Part shown: piece after piece, positions 1 through 10,999 of the stretch
Position numbering within the stretch: position 1 is the stretch's first letter
Layout: each line of letters starts with the position of its first letter
Origin: Myxococcales bacterium
Lineage (GTDB): Bacteria > Myxococcota_A > UBA9042
DNA: 64,000 nt
Direction of reading: 5' to 3'
NCBI GenBank assembly: GCA_037441385.1
Contig: JBBISH010000002.1
Span: 64,001-128,000, forward strand
The notes under the pieces: generated by a model
Told to the model about the DNA's origin: nothing
The model's input: only the letters and a program-made list of their open reading frames with translations
The model's database searches: none
Made by a program: the position numbers and the translations under genes

Positions 1-271
1 TGCGGCTCGAGCGGTTCGGATCGTATTCGATCGTCGCCACCTTGGCCGGCACTGCCACCTTGTCGCGCTTGAAGTCGACGATGCGGTAGTGGCGCTTGTG
101 ACCGCCGCCGCGCTGGAAGGCGGTGATGCGGCCCACATTGTTGCGGCCGTCCGGGCCGCTCAGCGGCGCGAGCAGCGGCTTGTGCGGCGTGCTGGTGGAC
201 AGGTCCTTGAAGTCGTCGAGCGACAACTGGCGCGTGCCGTCGGACGTGGGGCGGTAGTGCTTGATGCCCAT
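1..271 (-). CDS. rplB: 50S ribosomal protein L2 (N-terminal part, runs off the window)
   Basis: Manual translation from the ATG at 271: [12 protein letters not shown]...[41 protein letters not shown]; follows rplW. Confidence 0.97.
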   Translation of the reverse strand, partial: MGIKHYRPTSDGTRQLSLDDFKDLSTSTPHKPLLAPLSGPDGRNNVGRITAFQRGGGHKRHYRIVDFKRDKVAVPAKVATIEYDPNRSSR

Positions 272-398
272 GATGGAACCCCTATGGCTAGAACCGCTTG
301 GATGCTGACTGCTTTTCGCTTTGCTGGGCGTCAGCCTTGTCGGTCAGGTCACTGGTGCAGCGATGGTTCGCCGCGCCGTCAAATCAGCCCAGTAGCGA

Positions 399-692
399 TT
401 ACGCGCCCTGGAAGAAGTCGATGTTCTGGCCTTCGACCAACTTGACAAAGGCCTTCTTGCTGGCGGCCCGGGCGCCGGCGTACTTGCCAACGCGACGGGT
501 CTTGCCGTACTTCTGCTGGGTGCGGACATCAAAGACCTGCACGCCGAACAACTGTTCGACCGCCGCCTTGATCATTGGCTTGTTGGCGTCGCGGTGAACC
601 TCGAACACCACCTCGTTGTTGTCCTCGCGAGCGAGGTTGTTCTTCTCGGTGATGAGAGGCCGCACCAGGATTTGCGTCAGGTGGAGCGCCAT
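399..692 (-). CDS. rplW: 50S ribosomal protein L23
   Basis: RPLITEK...FEVHRDANKPMIKAAVEQLFGVQV...KKAFVKL; operon position. Confidence 0.97.
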   Translation of the reverse strand: MALHLTQILVRPLITEKNNLAREDNNEVVFEVHRDANKPMIKAAVEQLFGVQVFDVRTQQKYGKTRRVGKYAGARAASKKAFVKLVEGQNIDFFQGA

Positions 693-778
693 GGTCTTTT
701 CTCCGTGCTCGACTGCCCTAGTAGGGCGCTGCTCGAACTGAATGCTGCGTCGTACAAAATCGAAGTGGGTCGAACGGC

Positions 779-1402
779 TTAGTCGCCCAAACGCTCGACC
801 AGGGCCTTGGCCGCATCCACGGTCAGGACCAAGCGGTCGTACTTCAGCACGTCGTACACGTTCACGCCTTCGGCGCGGATGTACTTGGCGTGCTGCAGGT
901 TGCGAATCGACAGGTGCAGATTGCCGTTCTCACTCGCGGTGACGACCAGGGCCTTGTTGGCACCCAGACGGCTCAGCGTGCCGACCACTTCTTTGGTCTT
1001 GGGGGCGCTCAGCGAGAAGTCGTCGAGCACCACCAACTCACCCTGCTGCAGACGCAACGAGAGCGCCGAGCACAGCGCCGCACGGCGGACCTTCTTGGGC
1101 ACCGTGTAGCTGTAGTCGCGCGGGTGCGGACCGTGGGCCACGCCACCGCCCACGTAGATCGGCGACTTGCGCGAGCCGTGACGAGCACCGCCCGAGCCCT
1201 TCTGACGAACGGCCTTCTTGGTGGTGCCGTGCACGTTCATGCGCGTCTTGGTCGAGTGCGTGCCAGCGCGGCGGTTGGCCAGCTGGTTCTTGACCACTTC
1301 CCAGTGCAGGTGCGGCTTGACCTCGGCGGCAAACACCTCGTCCGCGAGATCGAACTCGCCCACGGTTTGCGCCTGGGTATTCAGTACATTGACCTTAGGC
1401 AT
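779..1402 (-). CDS. rplD: 50S ribosomal protein L4
   Basis: [11 protein letters not shown]...[41 protein letters not shown]. Confidence 0.98.
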   Translation of the reverse strand: MPKVNVLNTQAQTVGEFDLADEVFAAEVKPHLHWEVVKNQLANRRAGTHSTKTRMNVHGTTKKAVRQKGSGGARHGSRKSPIYVGGGVAHGPHPRDYSYTVPKKVRRAALCSALSLRLQQGELVVLDDFSLSAPKTKEVVGTLSRLGANKALVVTASENGNLHLSIRNLQHAKYIRAEGVNVYDVLKYDRLVLTVDAAKALVERLGD

Positions 1403-1511
1403 AACTGCCTCCCATTGCTCGGGCCGCGACTGCCGCGCGACCTCCAGATTTCTCTGCCGTACCCGCTGTAAGGGCCAGCACTTCCGTACCGATCGTGTAC
1501 AGCGTTCGCGA

Positions 1512-1820
1512 TCAGGTGCGGATTTCCACCGCGACGCCGGCCGCCAGGTCCAGGCTCATCAGCGCGTTCAGCGTTGCCTGGGTCGGATCCAGGATGTCGA
1601 CCAGGCGCTTGTGCGTCCGCACTTCGAACTGCTCGCGGCTCTTCTTGTCGACGTGGGGCGAACGCAACACCGTGTAGGTGTTGATGCGCGTCGGCAGCGG
1701 GATCGGCCCGGCAATCCGCGCGCCGGTATTGCGCACGGTGTTGATGATCTCGCTGACCGACTGGTCGAGCAGCTTGTGATCGTAGGCCTTGAGACGGATG
1801 CGAATGCGCTGGCCAGCCAT
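1512..1820 (-). CDS. rpsJ: 30S ribosomal protein S10
   Basis: [16 protein letters not shown]...GPIPLPT...[21 protein letters not shown]. Confidence 0.99.
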   Translation of the reverse strand: MAGQRIRIRLKAYDHKLLDQSVSEIINTVRNTGARIAGPIPLPTRINTYTVLRSPHVDKKSREQFEVRTHKRLVDILDPTQATLNALMSLDLAAGVAVEIRT

Positions 1821-1878
1821 GGAGTTCTCCGTAGTAGAAACCGGTATGGTTCCGTGCGCGCCGTAGCGTTGGCGCCGA

Positions 1879-3966
<2,088 letters not shown>

Positions 3967-4083
3967 AGTAAACCTCTATCGATCGTCGAAGCGGGGAACT
4001 GCCACGTTGGGCGGCGACGGCCACACGATGCGGCGGTCAGAATCCGCCCGGATCGGGCGGCGGCAGTCAGGCCAGGCGCTGGA

Positions 4084-4554
4084 TTACCAGCGGTAGTGGG
4101 CGAAGGCCTTGTTGGCTTCGGCCATGCGGTGCACGTCTTCGCGCTTCTTGACCGCGGTACCGCGGCCCTGAGCGGCGTCGAGGATCTCGTTGGCAAGCTT
4201 CTCGACCATGCCCTTCTCGCCGCGGGCGCGGGCCGCGTTGATCAGCCAGCGCATCGACAGCGCCGCGCGACGCTCGGGACGAATCTCGACCGGCACCTGG
4301 TAGTTCGAGCCACCGACGCGGCGCGACTTGACTTCCACGGCCGGGCGGACGTTGTCCAGCGCGGTCTTGAAGACCTTGACCGGATCATCCTTGGCGCGAG
4401 CCTGGATCTTGTCGAAGGCGTCGTAGATCAGGCGCTCGGCCGTCGACTTCTTGCCAGCCAACATCAGGTTGTTGACGAACTTGCCGACGAACTGGTCGCC
4501 GTACTTGGGGTCGCGGGGCGCAATGCGCTTGGGTACTTCGCGGCGGCGGGGCAT
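4084..4554 (-). CDS. rpsG: 30S ribosomal protein S7
   Basis: MPRRR...[15 protein letters not shown]...[15 protein letters not shown]. Confidence 0.99.
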   Translation of the reverse strand: MPRRREVPKRIAPRDPKYGDQFVGKFVNNLMLAGKKSTAERLIYDAFDKIQARAKDDPVKVFKTALDNVRPAVEVKSRRVGGSNYQVPVEIRPERRAALSMRWLINAARARGEKGMVEKLANEILDAAQGRGTAVKKREDVHRMAEANKAFAHYRW

Positions 4555-4611
4555 GAGCTTCTCCTTACCGTGGGACGAACTGTGTCAGCTCGCCTGGGCG
4601 GGTCCTAGTCC

Positions 4612-5013
4612 TTACTTCTTCTTCGTGGTCGCAACGGCGCCGGCCTTGGGCTGCTTGGCGCCGTACTTGCTGCGGCTCTGCTTGCGGTTGGCCACGCCGG
4701 TGGTGTCCAGCGTGCCGCGCACGATGTGGTAGCGCACACCCGGCAGGTCCTTCACACGGCCGCCACGAATGAGGACGATCGAGTGTTCCTGCAGGTTGTG
4801 GCCGACGCCGGGGATGTACGACGTCACTTCCATGCCATTCGAGAGACGAACGCGGGCGACCTTGCGCAGCGCGGAGTTCGGCTTCTTGGGCGTGGTGGTG
4901 TAGACGCGGGTGCAGACGCCGCGCTTCTGCGGGCAGGCGTCCAGGGCCGGCGACTTGGTCTTGCGGTGCTTCAGGTCGCGGCGCTCGCGGACCAGCTGGT
5001 TGATCGTAGGCAT
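4612..5013 (-). CDS. rpsL: 30S ribosomal protein S12 (133 aa, short Lys-rich C-terminal extension)
   Basis: Start MPTINQLVR at 5013; [25 protein letters not shown]. Confidence 0.99.
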   Translation of the reverse strand: MPTINQLVRERRDLKHRKTKSPALDACPQKRGVCTRVYTTTPKKPNSALRKVARVRLSNGMEVTSYIPGVGHNLQEHSIVLIRGGRVKDLPGVRYHIVRGTLDTTGVANRKQSRSKYGAKQPKAGAVATTKKK

Positions 5014-5409
5014 AGTGCTATTCGCTCCACAGGCGATTACCGAATGGCGGCACGGTCGAACGGCCGAACTGCCGTTTAGCAAGCTCGGGATTCGCCACCA
5101 CTTTCGCGGGAGGCCCGTCGCAAGACACAGGCGATGCTGCCCCTTGGTCGCCTGACCAGGGTTGCGATCGCTGCGCGCCATGCGGCGGCTGGACAGCGCC
5201 CATCGTGCCTTCGCGGAGGGTGGAGCGCGTCCAGCGCCCGACCTCTTGCAGCGTCCACCATCAACTCCGCGGCTCTGAGACCGTTTCATTGATGATCACC
5301 TGTCTCCAGGTGCTTGCGGGGTGCTGCGAAGGCTCCTTTCCCGATGGGGGGACGGCCCGGGGGTCACCCGGGAGCGGCTGGACCGTTGGGGTCCGTCCGC
5401 GGGGGCATA

Positions 5410-5438
5410 AGTGTACGCCCCCCTGTTTGGCCTGTCAA
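5410..5438 (-). promoter_or_regulatory. Sigma-70-type promoter of the rpsL operon
   Basis: Minus strand TTGACA (5438-5433), 17-nt spacer, TACACT (5415-5410). Confidence 0.8.
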
Positions 5439-5496
5439 CGGGATTTTTCGTGCGACCCGATCGAATTCGGGCGGGTTTTCGTCTGGGCCGGATGGT

Positions 5497-5739
5497 GTCA
5501 GGTATTGACACTTGACATCTTTTGGGGGGAACTCGTGCTCGCGCACCGGTCCGGTCTGCGTTTCCGATAGGTGGACCGGGTTCACGCTCCGGTTCAGTTT
5601 CAGGTTCCCACTTGCTGCCGGCTCCGGTCTCGGTTGGCCGAGTCCACTGGACTCTCTCATCATGTCATGCAGTTCGGAGCCATTGGTTCCGCTTCCGGCT
5701 GGCAGTTCTGGTAAAAGGTGTCAAGTGTCAATACCTGAC
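5497..5739. repeat. Element bounded by perfect 21-bp inverted repeats (REP/MITE-like, non-autonomous)
   Basis: GTCAGGTATTGACACTTGACA (5497-5517) is the exact reverse complement of 5719-5739; the match extends inward to 26/27. Confidence 0.85.
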
Positions 5740-5896
5740 CCTCCCGAGCGAAGGAGCCCCTCGCCCCGGCGCGTCGGGGAAGGGGACCCCACGGTCGCAG
5801 AGCGATGCCGACAGTCCTGCGGACTGCTGGCAAGTGGGGAGGCGGCGGCAGCGGGGTGAGGGGTCGGCGTGGTCGAGTGGAAGTTCATCGCAGGCG

Positions 5897-6964
5897 CTAC
5901 TCGCGCCAGATGAACTTCCACGGATGCCGCTTCAGGTCCTTGAGCAACAACTTCAGGTCCATGAACAGCTCGTTGTCCATGAGGAGACCGCCCACGGTGC
6001 CGCGGCCCTTGCGGGCGTTCTCGGTCACGGCCTGCACGTCGTCCACGGCCTTGTCGGCCTTCGCGACGGCGCCGTCGACGCGGTCGATCATGCCCATGAC
6101 CTTGCCGTGGCCCTTGTCGCCCAGCAGGACTTCGGTGGTGGGGCGGTCGCGCAACTTCTCGGTCAGGCCGCGAATGTTCTTGGTGGCGGCGCGGGCGTCG
6201 CTCAGGATGGGGTCGATGGCGTTGTCGGCTTTGGCGGTGATACGCTCGACGTTGGTGAGCGATTTCTTGATCTTGCTGCCGTCGCCGATCGAGCTTTCGA
6301 GCACCGCCACCAGCTTGTCGATCTTGTCGCCGGTCTTGTCCAGGCGGTCGATGACGCGCTTGACGGTCTCTTGGTTGTCGACGATCAGCTTGTCCGCGTC
6401 GTTGATGGCCTTCTTGGCGTCCAGCACGGTCTGATCGCTGTGGACCAGCAAGTCGTTGACCACCCCTTCGTTCTTTTCGAGCAGGCGGGTCAGGGCGCCC
6501 GACACCTTGGTCAGCTGTTGGCCAAGCACTTCCATCCGCAGCGGCGGCACACCCACCACCGGCGTGCCGGCGACGAGCAGCGGCTTGTCGTAGCTGCCCG
6601 GATCGACCTCGATGTATTTTTCGCCCAGCAGGCCTTGGGTCGAGATGAAGAACTGCGCATCTTGCCGCAGCGTCTTGCCTTTTTCGGGATCGATGTCGAC
6701 GAGCACGCGCACGGTCACGCGCCGGCCGGCCTTGGGGTCCAACTTGCCGCCCCAGTACTCCACTCCGGTCACCTTGCCCGAGCTGACGCCGGCAATTTTG
6801 ACAGGCGCGCCGGGCTTTACGTCGCTGGCGGTGTTGTAGTCGATCGGCAGTTGGAAGCCCGACGAGCCGCCGATGTCGCCCAGGACAAAGATGAAGCCGA
6901 CCAGCAGCACGGCGCAAACCAGCACCAGTGCGCCGACCTTGACCTCGATGGACTTCTCTTTCAC
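5897..6964 (-). CDS. mlaD: MlaD/MCE-family lipid transport protein with helical C-terminal extension
   Basis: N-terminal TM (EVKVGALVL), MCE motifs GAPVKIAGV..GKV and ISTQGLLGEKYIEVDPG; adjacent to MlaF-type ATPase. Confidence 0.88.
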   Translation of the reverse strand: MKEKSIEVKVGALVLVCAVLLVGFIFVLGDIGGSSGFQLPIDYNTASDVKPGAPVKIAGVSSGKVTGVEYWGGKLDPKAGRRVTVRVLVDIDPEKGKTLRQDAQFFISTQGLLGEKYIEVDPGSYDKPLLVAGTPVVGVPPLRMEVLGQQLTKVSGALTRLLEKNEGVVNDLLVHSDQTVLDAKKAINDADKLIVDNQETVKRVIDRLDKTGDKIDKLVAVLESSIGDGSKIKKSLTNVERITAKADNAIDPILSDARAATKNIRGLTEKLRDRPTTEVLLGDKGHGKVMGMIDRVDGAVAKADKAVDDVQAVTENARKGRGTVGGLLMDNELFMDLKLLLKDLKRHPWKFIWRE

Positions 6965-7009
6965 GGGCGATCCTTGGTCTGCGGCCGCACGGGGCGATCC
7001 GTAGGGGGT

Positions 7010-7753
7010 TTACAGTACCATCGGGCCTTCTGCAAGGCCCCGGATGAACTGGTGGACAATGGGATCCGAGGTCGTGCGGAATTCCTCGGGCGTGCCGTCC
7101 AGGCGGATTTCCCCCTGGTAGATCATGGCGATGCGGTCGGCGACCGTGAAGATCGAGCGCAGGTCGTGCGACACCACGATCGAGGTCACACCCTGCTCGT
7201 CCGACAGCGCGCGGATCAGCTGATCGACATTGGCGGCGGCCAGCGGATCCAGGCCGGTGGTCGGCTCGTCAAAGATCACGAAATCGGGATCCAGGGTCAG
7301 TGCCCGGGCGATCGCCACGCGTTTGCGCAAGCCGTCGCCGATGTCGCTAGGGAAGCGGTCGGCCATATGGTCCATCTGAACGCGACTCAGAAATTCCACT
7401 GCCGTGCTGCGGGCTTGCTCGTGGGTCAGGCCCTTGTGCTTTCTCAGGGGCAGCATCACGTTTTCGCACAGCGACATCGAGTCGAACAGCGTCGAGTGCT
7501 GGAACACCATCGCGCAGCGCTTGCGCACCGGGTAATACGCCTTCTCGTCCAGGTCGGTGATGTCGACGCCGTCGAGCAGCACCTGCCCGCCGTCGGGCTT
7601 CATCAGACCGACCAAGTGCTTGACGAGCACGGACTTGCCCGCACCGGACAGGCCGACTACGAAGAGGATCTGACCCTTTTCGACGGTCAGCGACACGTCG
7701 CGCAAGACATGTTTGCTGCCAAAGGACTTGAAGATGTTACGGAACTCGATCAT
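7010..7753 (-). CDS. mlaF: MlaF-type ABC transporter ATP-binding protein
   Basis: Walker A GLSGAGKS, DEPTTGLDP, VSHDL, C-terminal DPIVHQFIRGLAEGP; ABC signature divergent (IGDGL). Confidence 0.85.
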   Translation of the reverse strand: MIEFRNIFKSFGSKHVLRDVSLTVEKGQILFVVGLSGAGKSVLVKHLVGLMKPDGGQVLLDGVDITDLDEKAYYPVRKRCAMVFQHSTLFDSMSLCENVMLPLRKHKGLTHEQARSTAVEFLSRVQMDHMADRFPSDIGDGLRKRVAIARALTLDPDFVIFDEPTTGLDPLAAANVDQLIRALSDEQGVTSIVVSHDLRSIFTVADRIAMIYQGEIRLDGTPEEFRTTSDPIVHQFIRGLAEGPMVL

Positions 7754-7840
7754 CGGGTGCGCGCCGCCGGCCAGGGCTGTCGGCCCGGCACAATTTCGCT
7801 AGCATAGCGCCGGGCGCCCGCTGCGCAAATCGAAGGCATC

Positions 7841-8266
7841 ATGGAACGCGATTCCAAGGCAACTCCGCGCAAGATCAACCATATCGGCATCGCGGTGCGC
7901 GATCTGGAGGCGGCGATCGCCCTGTGGCAGACCGGGCTGGGCCTCGACGTGCAGCGGGTGGTCGAAATGCCGGAGCGCGGCCTGAAGATCGCCTTCGTGC
8001 CCTGCGGCGAAGCGACGATCGAGCTGGTGGCGCCCCTGGGCGAAGGAAGCGAGATCAGCAAGTTTCTGGACGAGCGCGGCCCGGGCCTGCACCACCTGTG
8101 CTTGGAAGTCGAGGACTTGGCCTTGGCCAGTCAGGCGGCGGAGCAGCAGGGGCTGCGGCTGATTGGCGCCGGGGCCAAGCTGGGGGCCGAGGGCTACCCA
8201 GTGCGGTTCGTCCACCCCAAGTCCACCGGCGGGCCGCTCGTCGAATTGCTTGGCAAGTCAGAGTGA
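7841..8266 (+). CDS. mce: Methylmalonyl-CoA epimerase (VOC family)
   Basis: INHIGIAVRDL, IELVAP, KFLDERGPGLHHLCLEV, FVHPKSTGGPLVEL. Confidence 0.9.
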   Translation: MERDSKATPRKINHIGIAVRDLEAAIALWQTGLGLDVQRVVEMPERGLKIAFVPCGEATIELVAPLGEGSEISKFLDERGPGLHHLCLEVEDLALASQAAEQQGLRLIGAGAKLGAEGYPVRFVHPKSTGGPLVELLGKSE

Positions 8267-10999
8267 TCAGTGCGCATCCGCCCAGCTGTGGGCATGGCGC
8301 ACGTCCACCTGCAGCGGCACCTTCATGACCGTGCCGTCGAGCAGCTGACCGGCGCCTTGCATGGCGGTGCGTACCAAGTCGCTCACCTGGGCCACCTCGG
8401 CCTCGGGCGCCTCCAGTAGCAGTTCGTCGTGAACCTGCAGCAAAATCTTGGACTTCAGACCCGCGAGCTGCAAAGCGTCTTGCACGGCGAGCATGGCCCG
8501 CTTGATCAGATCCGCGGCGGTCCCCTGCACCGGTGTGTTGATGGCGATGCGCTCGGCGCCGGCCTTCTCGGCCGGGTTTGGGCTGCTCAGGCCGGCGATC
8601 GCGCGGCGGCGGCCAAAAAGTGTCCGCACTTCGCCGTGTTGACGCGCACCCTCTAGCACCTGGTCCATCCAGCCCTGCACCGCGGGGAATCGCTCGAAGT
8701 AGCGGTCGATGAAGGCCTTGGCCTCCTTTTGCGACACGGCGATCTCGCGGGCCAGGCGCTGCGGGCCCATGCCGTACAACACGCCAAAATTGATGGTCTT
8801 GGCCGCCGAACGCTGCGACGGTTCGACGAAATCGGGCATCACACCAAAGATGCGCGCCGCCGTCTCGCGGTGGATGTCGAGCCCGCGGGCAAAGGCCTGC
8901 TGCAGGCCCTGATCGTCGGCCAAGTGGGCCATCACCCGCAACTCGATTTGGCTGTAGTCCGCCGAGATCAACACGCAACCTGGCGCGGCCACAAAAGCTT
9001 GTCGGATCCGCCGCCCTTCCGCGCTGCGCACCGGAATGTTCTGCAGGTTGGGGTCGGTAGACGACAGGCGGCCCGTCGCCGCCACCGCCTGATGGAACCA
9101 GGTGTGCACCCGGCCCGTGTCGGGGTGGATCTGCTGCGGCAACTGGTCGGTATAGGTGGACTTCAGCTTGCTAAGCTGGCGCCAGCGCAGCACTTTTGCG
9201 GCAATCGGGTGCTTCTCTTCCAAGCCCTCTAGCACGCTCTGGTCGGTGGAATAGCCCGACTGGGTCTTCTTCTTGGCTGGCAGCTTCAGGTCAACGAACA
9301 GGACTTCGCCCAACTGTGACGGCGATCCGATGTTGAACGGCCGCCCGGCCAGGGCGTGGATCTCGGCTTCTAGACTGGTGATTTGCTCGGCGAGCCACTG
9401 CGACTGCCGACTCAGCTCGGCCGCATCCACCGTCACGCCGGCCCACTCCAGCTCGGCCAGCGCACCCAGCAGGGGCAGCTCTAGGTCGCGGTACAGGTCC
9501 GCCACGCCGGCATCGACCAGCCTGGGTCCCAGAGCATCCACGCACTTCAGGGCCATGGCCGCGCGGGTGGCGATCGCCTCGGCCGCGCGATCGACCGGCA
9601 AGTCAGGCCACTGCAAGCGATTCTTGCCCTTGCCCAGCACATCGTCGTCGGTCGGCAACTGCTGGCCGAGTTGCGAAAATGCAATGTTGCGCAGGGTGTG
9701 GGCGTGTGCCTCTGCATCTGCGCAATAGCTGGCCAACATGGCGTCGCCGGCGATCCCCGCCAACGTCAGCCCGGCGCGGCGCAGCGCCAACAGCTCGAAT
9801 TTCAGGCCGCAGCCCAGCTTGGCAATCGCCGGATCCGCAAACACGTCGCCAAGTTGCGCAGCAAGGTCGGCCAGAGCGGCGTTCGGCCGCCCACTCAGAT
9901 CGCCCGCATGGCGCAGCGGCACGTAGAAGGCCTGGCCAGGCACCGCGCACAGGCCCAGGCCCACCAGGCGGCCGTAGAGCGGTCGCGTACGGTCGGGGTC
10001 GTCCAAGTCGGTCACGGCACTCAGAGCCAACCGGCCCGATTGCCGAGCCGCTGCCGCAACTTGCGCCAGTTCGGCTTGGGTAGCCGCCACGGCGATCGCG
10101 GTGCTCTCGGCCGGCGCGGCGGCGTCCAGGTACTCGGCAGTCAGGCGCTTGAAACCCAGCTCGGCAAAGCGCGCCGACAGGGCTGGCCGATCCGCCGGCT
10201 TGGGCTGCAAGTCCGCAAATGCCATGTCGACTTGCGCCTGCCGCTCCAGCTCCACCAACTGCCGGGCCAGCGCCGCTTGCTCCTGGCCGGCCCGCAGCAA
10301 TTCGCGGGTGCGCAGCGGCTCCACCTGCTCCAGATTGGCGTAGATCTGCTTGAGATCCCCCCACTTTTCGACCAGCTTTTGCGCGCCTTTTTCGCCAATG
10401 CCGCGCACGCCTGGGATGTTGTCGGCTGAATCGCCCATGATCGCCAAGAGATCGCCGATCTGTTCGGGCCAGACGCCCCACTTTTCGTGCACGCCCTTGC
10501 GGTCGTAGAGCAGGCCCTTGCCGTCGTCCAGCTGGCGAATACAGGGCCGCAGGGCGTCGCCGTCGTCGACCAGCTGCATCAGGTCCTTGTCGCCCGACAC
10601 CACCAGCACGTCGTAGCCGGCCGCCTGGCCCTGCAGCGCAAACGTCGCAATCAGGTCGTCGGCTTCCAGCCCCGGCACCCGCAGCAGCGGCAGGCCCAAT
10701 TGCTCGGTCAGCTCCAAGCACTGCGGCCACTGCACCTGCAGATCCTCAGGCATGTCGGGGCGATTGGCCTTGTAGTCCGCCGAAAGAACATGGCGCGGCG
10801 TCGGCTCCGAGGTGTCGAAACAAACGCCGACCTTGGCCGGGCGGTGGTCGCGCATGAGCTTGAGCAGCATCGACACAAAGCCGAACACGGCGCCGGTGGG
10901 CTGCCCGGCCGGGCTCGACAGGTGGCGAATCGCAAAGAAGGCGCGAAAGACCGCGTGGGATCCGTCGACCAACAACAGCAAAGGGCGAGGATTTGCCAT
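8267..10999 (-). CDS. polA: DNA polymerase I (910 aa; 3'-5' exonuclease motifs degenerate)
   Basis: 5' nuclease LLVDGS..FRAFFA, EADD, SGDKD, GDSADNIPGV; polymerase TGRLSS, DYSQIELR, KTINFGVLYG, QVHDEL; ATG overlaps the upstream TAA. Confidence 0.97.
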   Translation of the reverse strand: MANPRPLLLLVDGSHAVFRAFFAIRHLSSPAGQPTGAVFGFVSMLLKLMRDHRPAKVGVCFDTSEPTPRHVLSADYKANRPDMPEDLQVQWPQCLELTEQLGLPLLRVPGLEADDLIATFALQGQAAGYDVLVVSGDKDLMQLVDDGDALRPCIRQLDDGKGLLYDRKGVHEKWGVWPEQIGDLLAIMGDSADNIPGVRGIGEKGAQKLVEKWGDLKQIYANLEQVEPLRTRELLRAGQEQAALARQLVELERQAQVDMAFADLQPKPADRPALSARFAELGFKRLTAEYLDAAAPAESTAIAVAATQAELAQVAAAARQSGRLALSAVTDLDDPDRTRPLYGRLVGLGLCAVPGQAFYVPLRHAGDLSGRPNAALADLAAQLGDVFADPAIAKLGCGLKFELLALRRAGLTLAGIAGDAMLASYCADAEAHAHTLRNIAFSQLGQQLPTDDDVLGKGKNRLQWPDLPVDRAAEAIATRAAMALKCVDALGPRLVDAGVADLYRDLELPLLGALAELEWAGVTVDAAELSRQSQWLAEQITSLEAEIHALAGRPFNIGSPSQLGEVLFVDLKLPAKKKTQSGYSTDQSVLEGLEEKHPIAAKVLRWRQLSKLKSTYTDQLPQQIHPDTGRVHTWFHQAVAATGRLSSTDPNLQNIPVRSAEGRRIRQAFVAAPGCVLISADYSQIELRVMAHLADDQGLQQAFARGLDIHRETAARIFGVMPDFVEPSQRSAAKTINFGVLYGMGPQRLAREIAVSQKEAKAFIDRYFERFPAVQGWMDQVLEGARQHGEVRTLFGRRRAIAGLSSPNPAEKAGAERIAINTPVQGTAADLIKRAMLAVQDALQLAGLKSKILLQVHDELLLEAPEAEVAQVSDLVRTAMQGAGQLLDGTVMKVPLQVDVRHAHSWADAH

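Noticed and set aside
272..398. ncRNA in the enlarged rplW-rplB spacer
   Set aside because: No recognisable family or convincing structure by eye
4720..4900. Streptomycin-resistance changes in S12
   Set aside because: TPKKPNS and RVKDLPG motifs are wild type
5364..5663. 99-aa ORF across the inverted repeat as a transposase
   Set aside because: No DDE or HUH motifs; it overlaps the rpsL promoter
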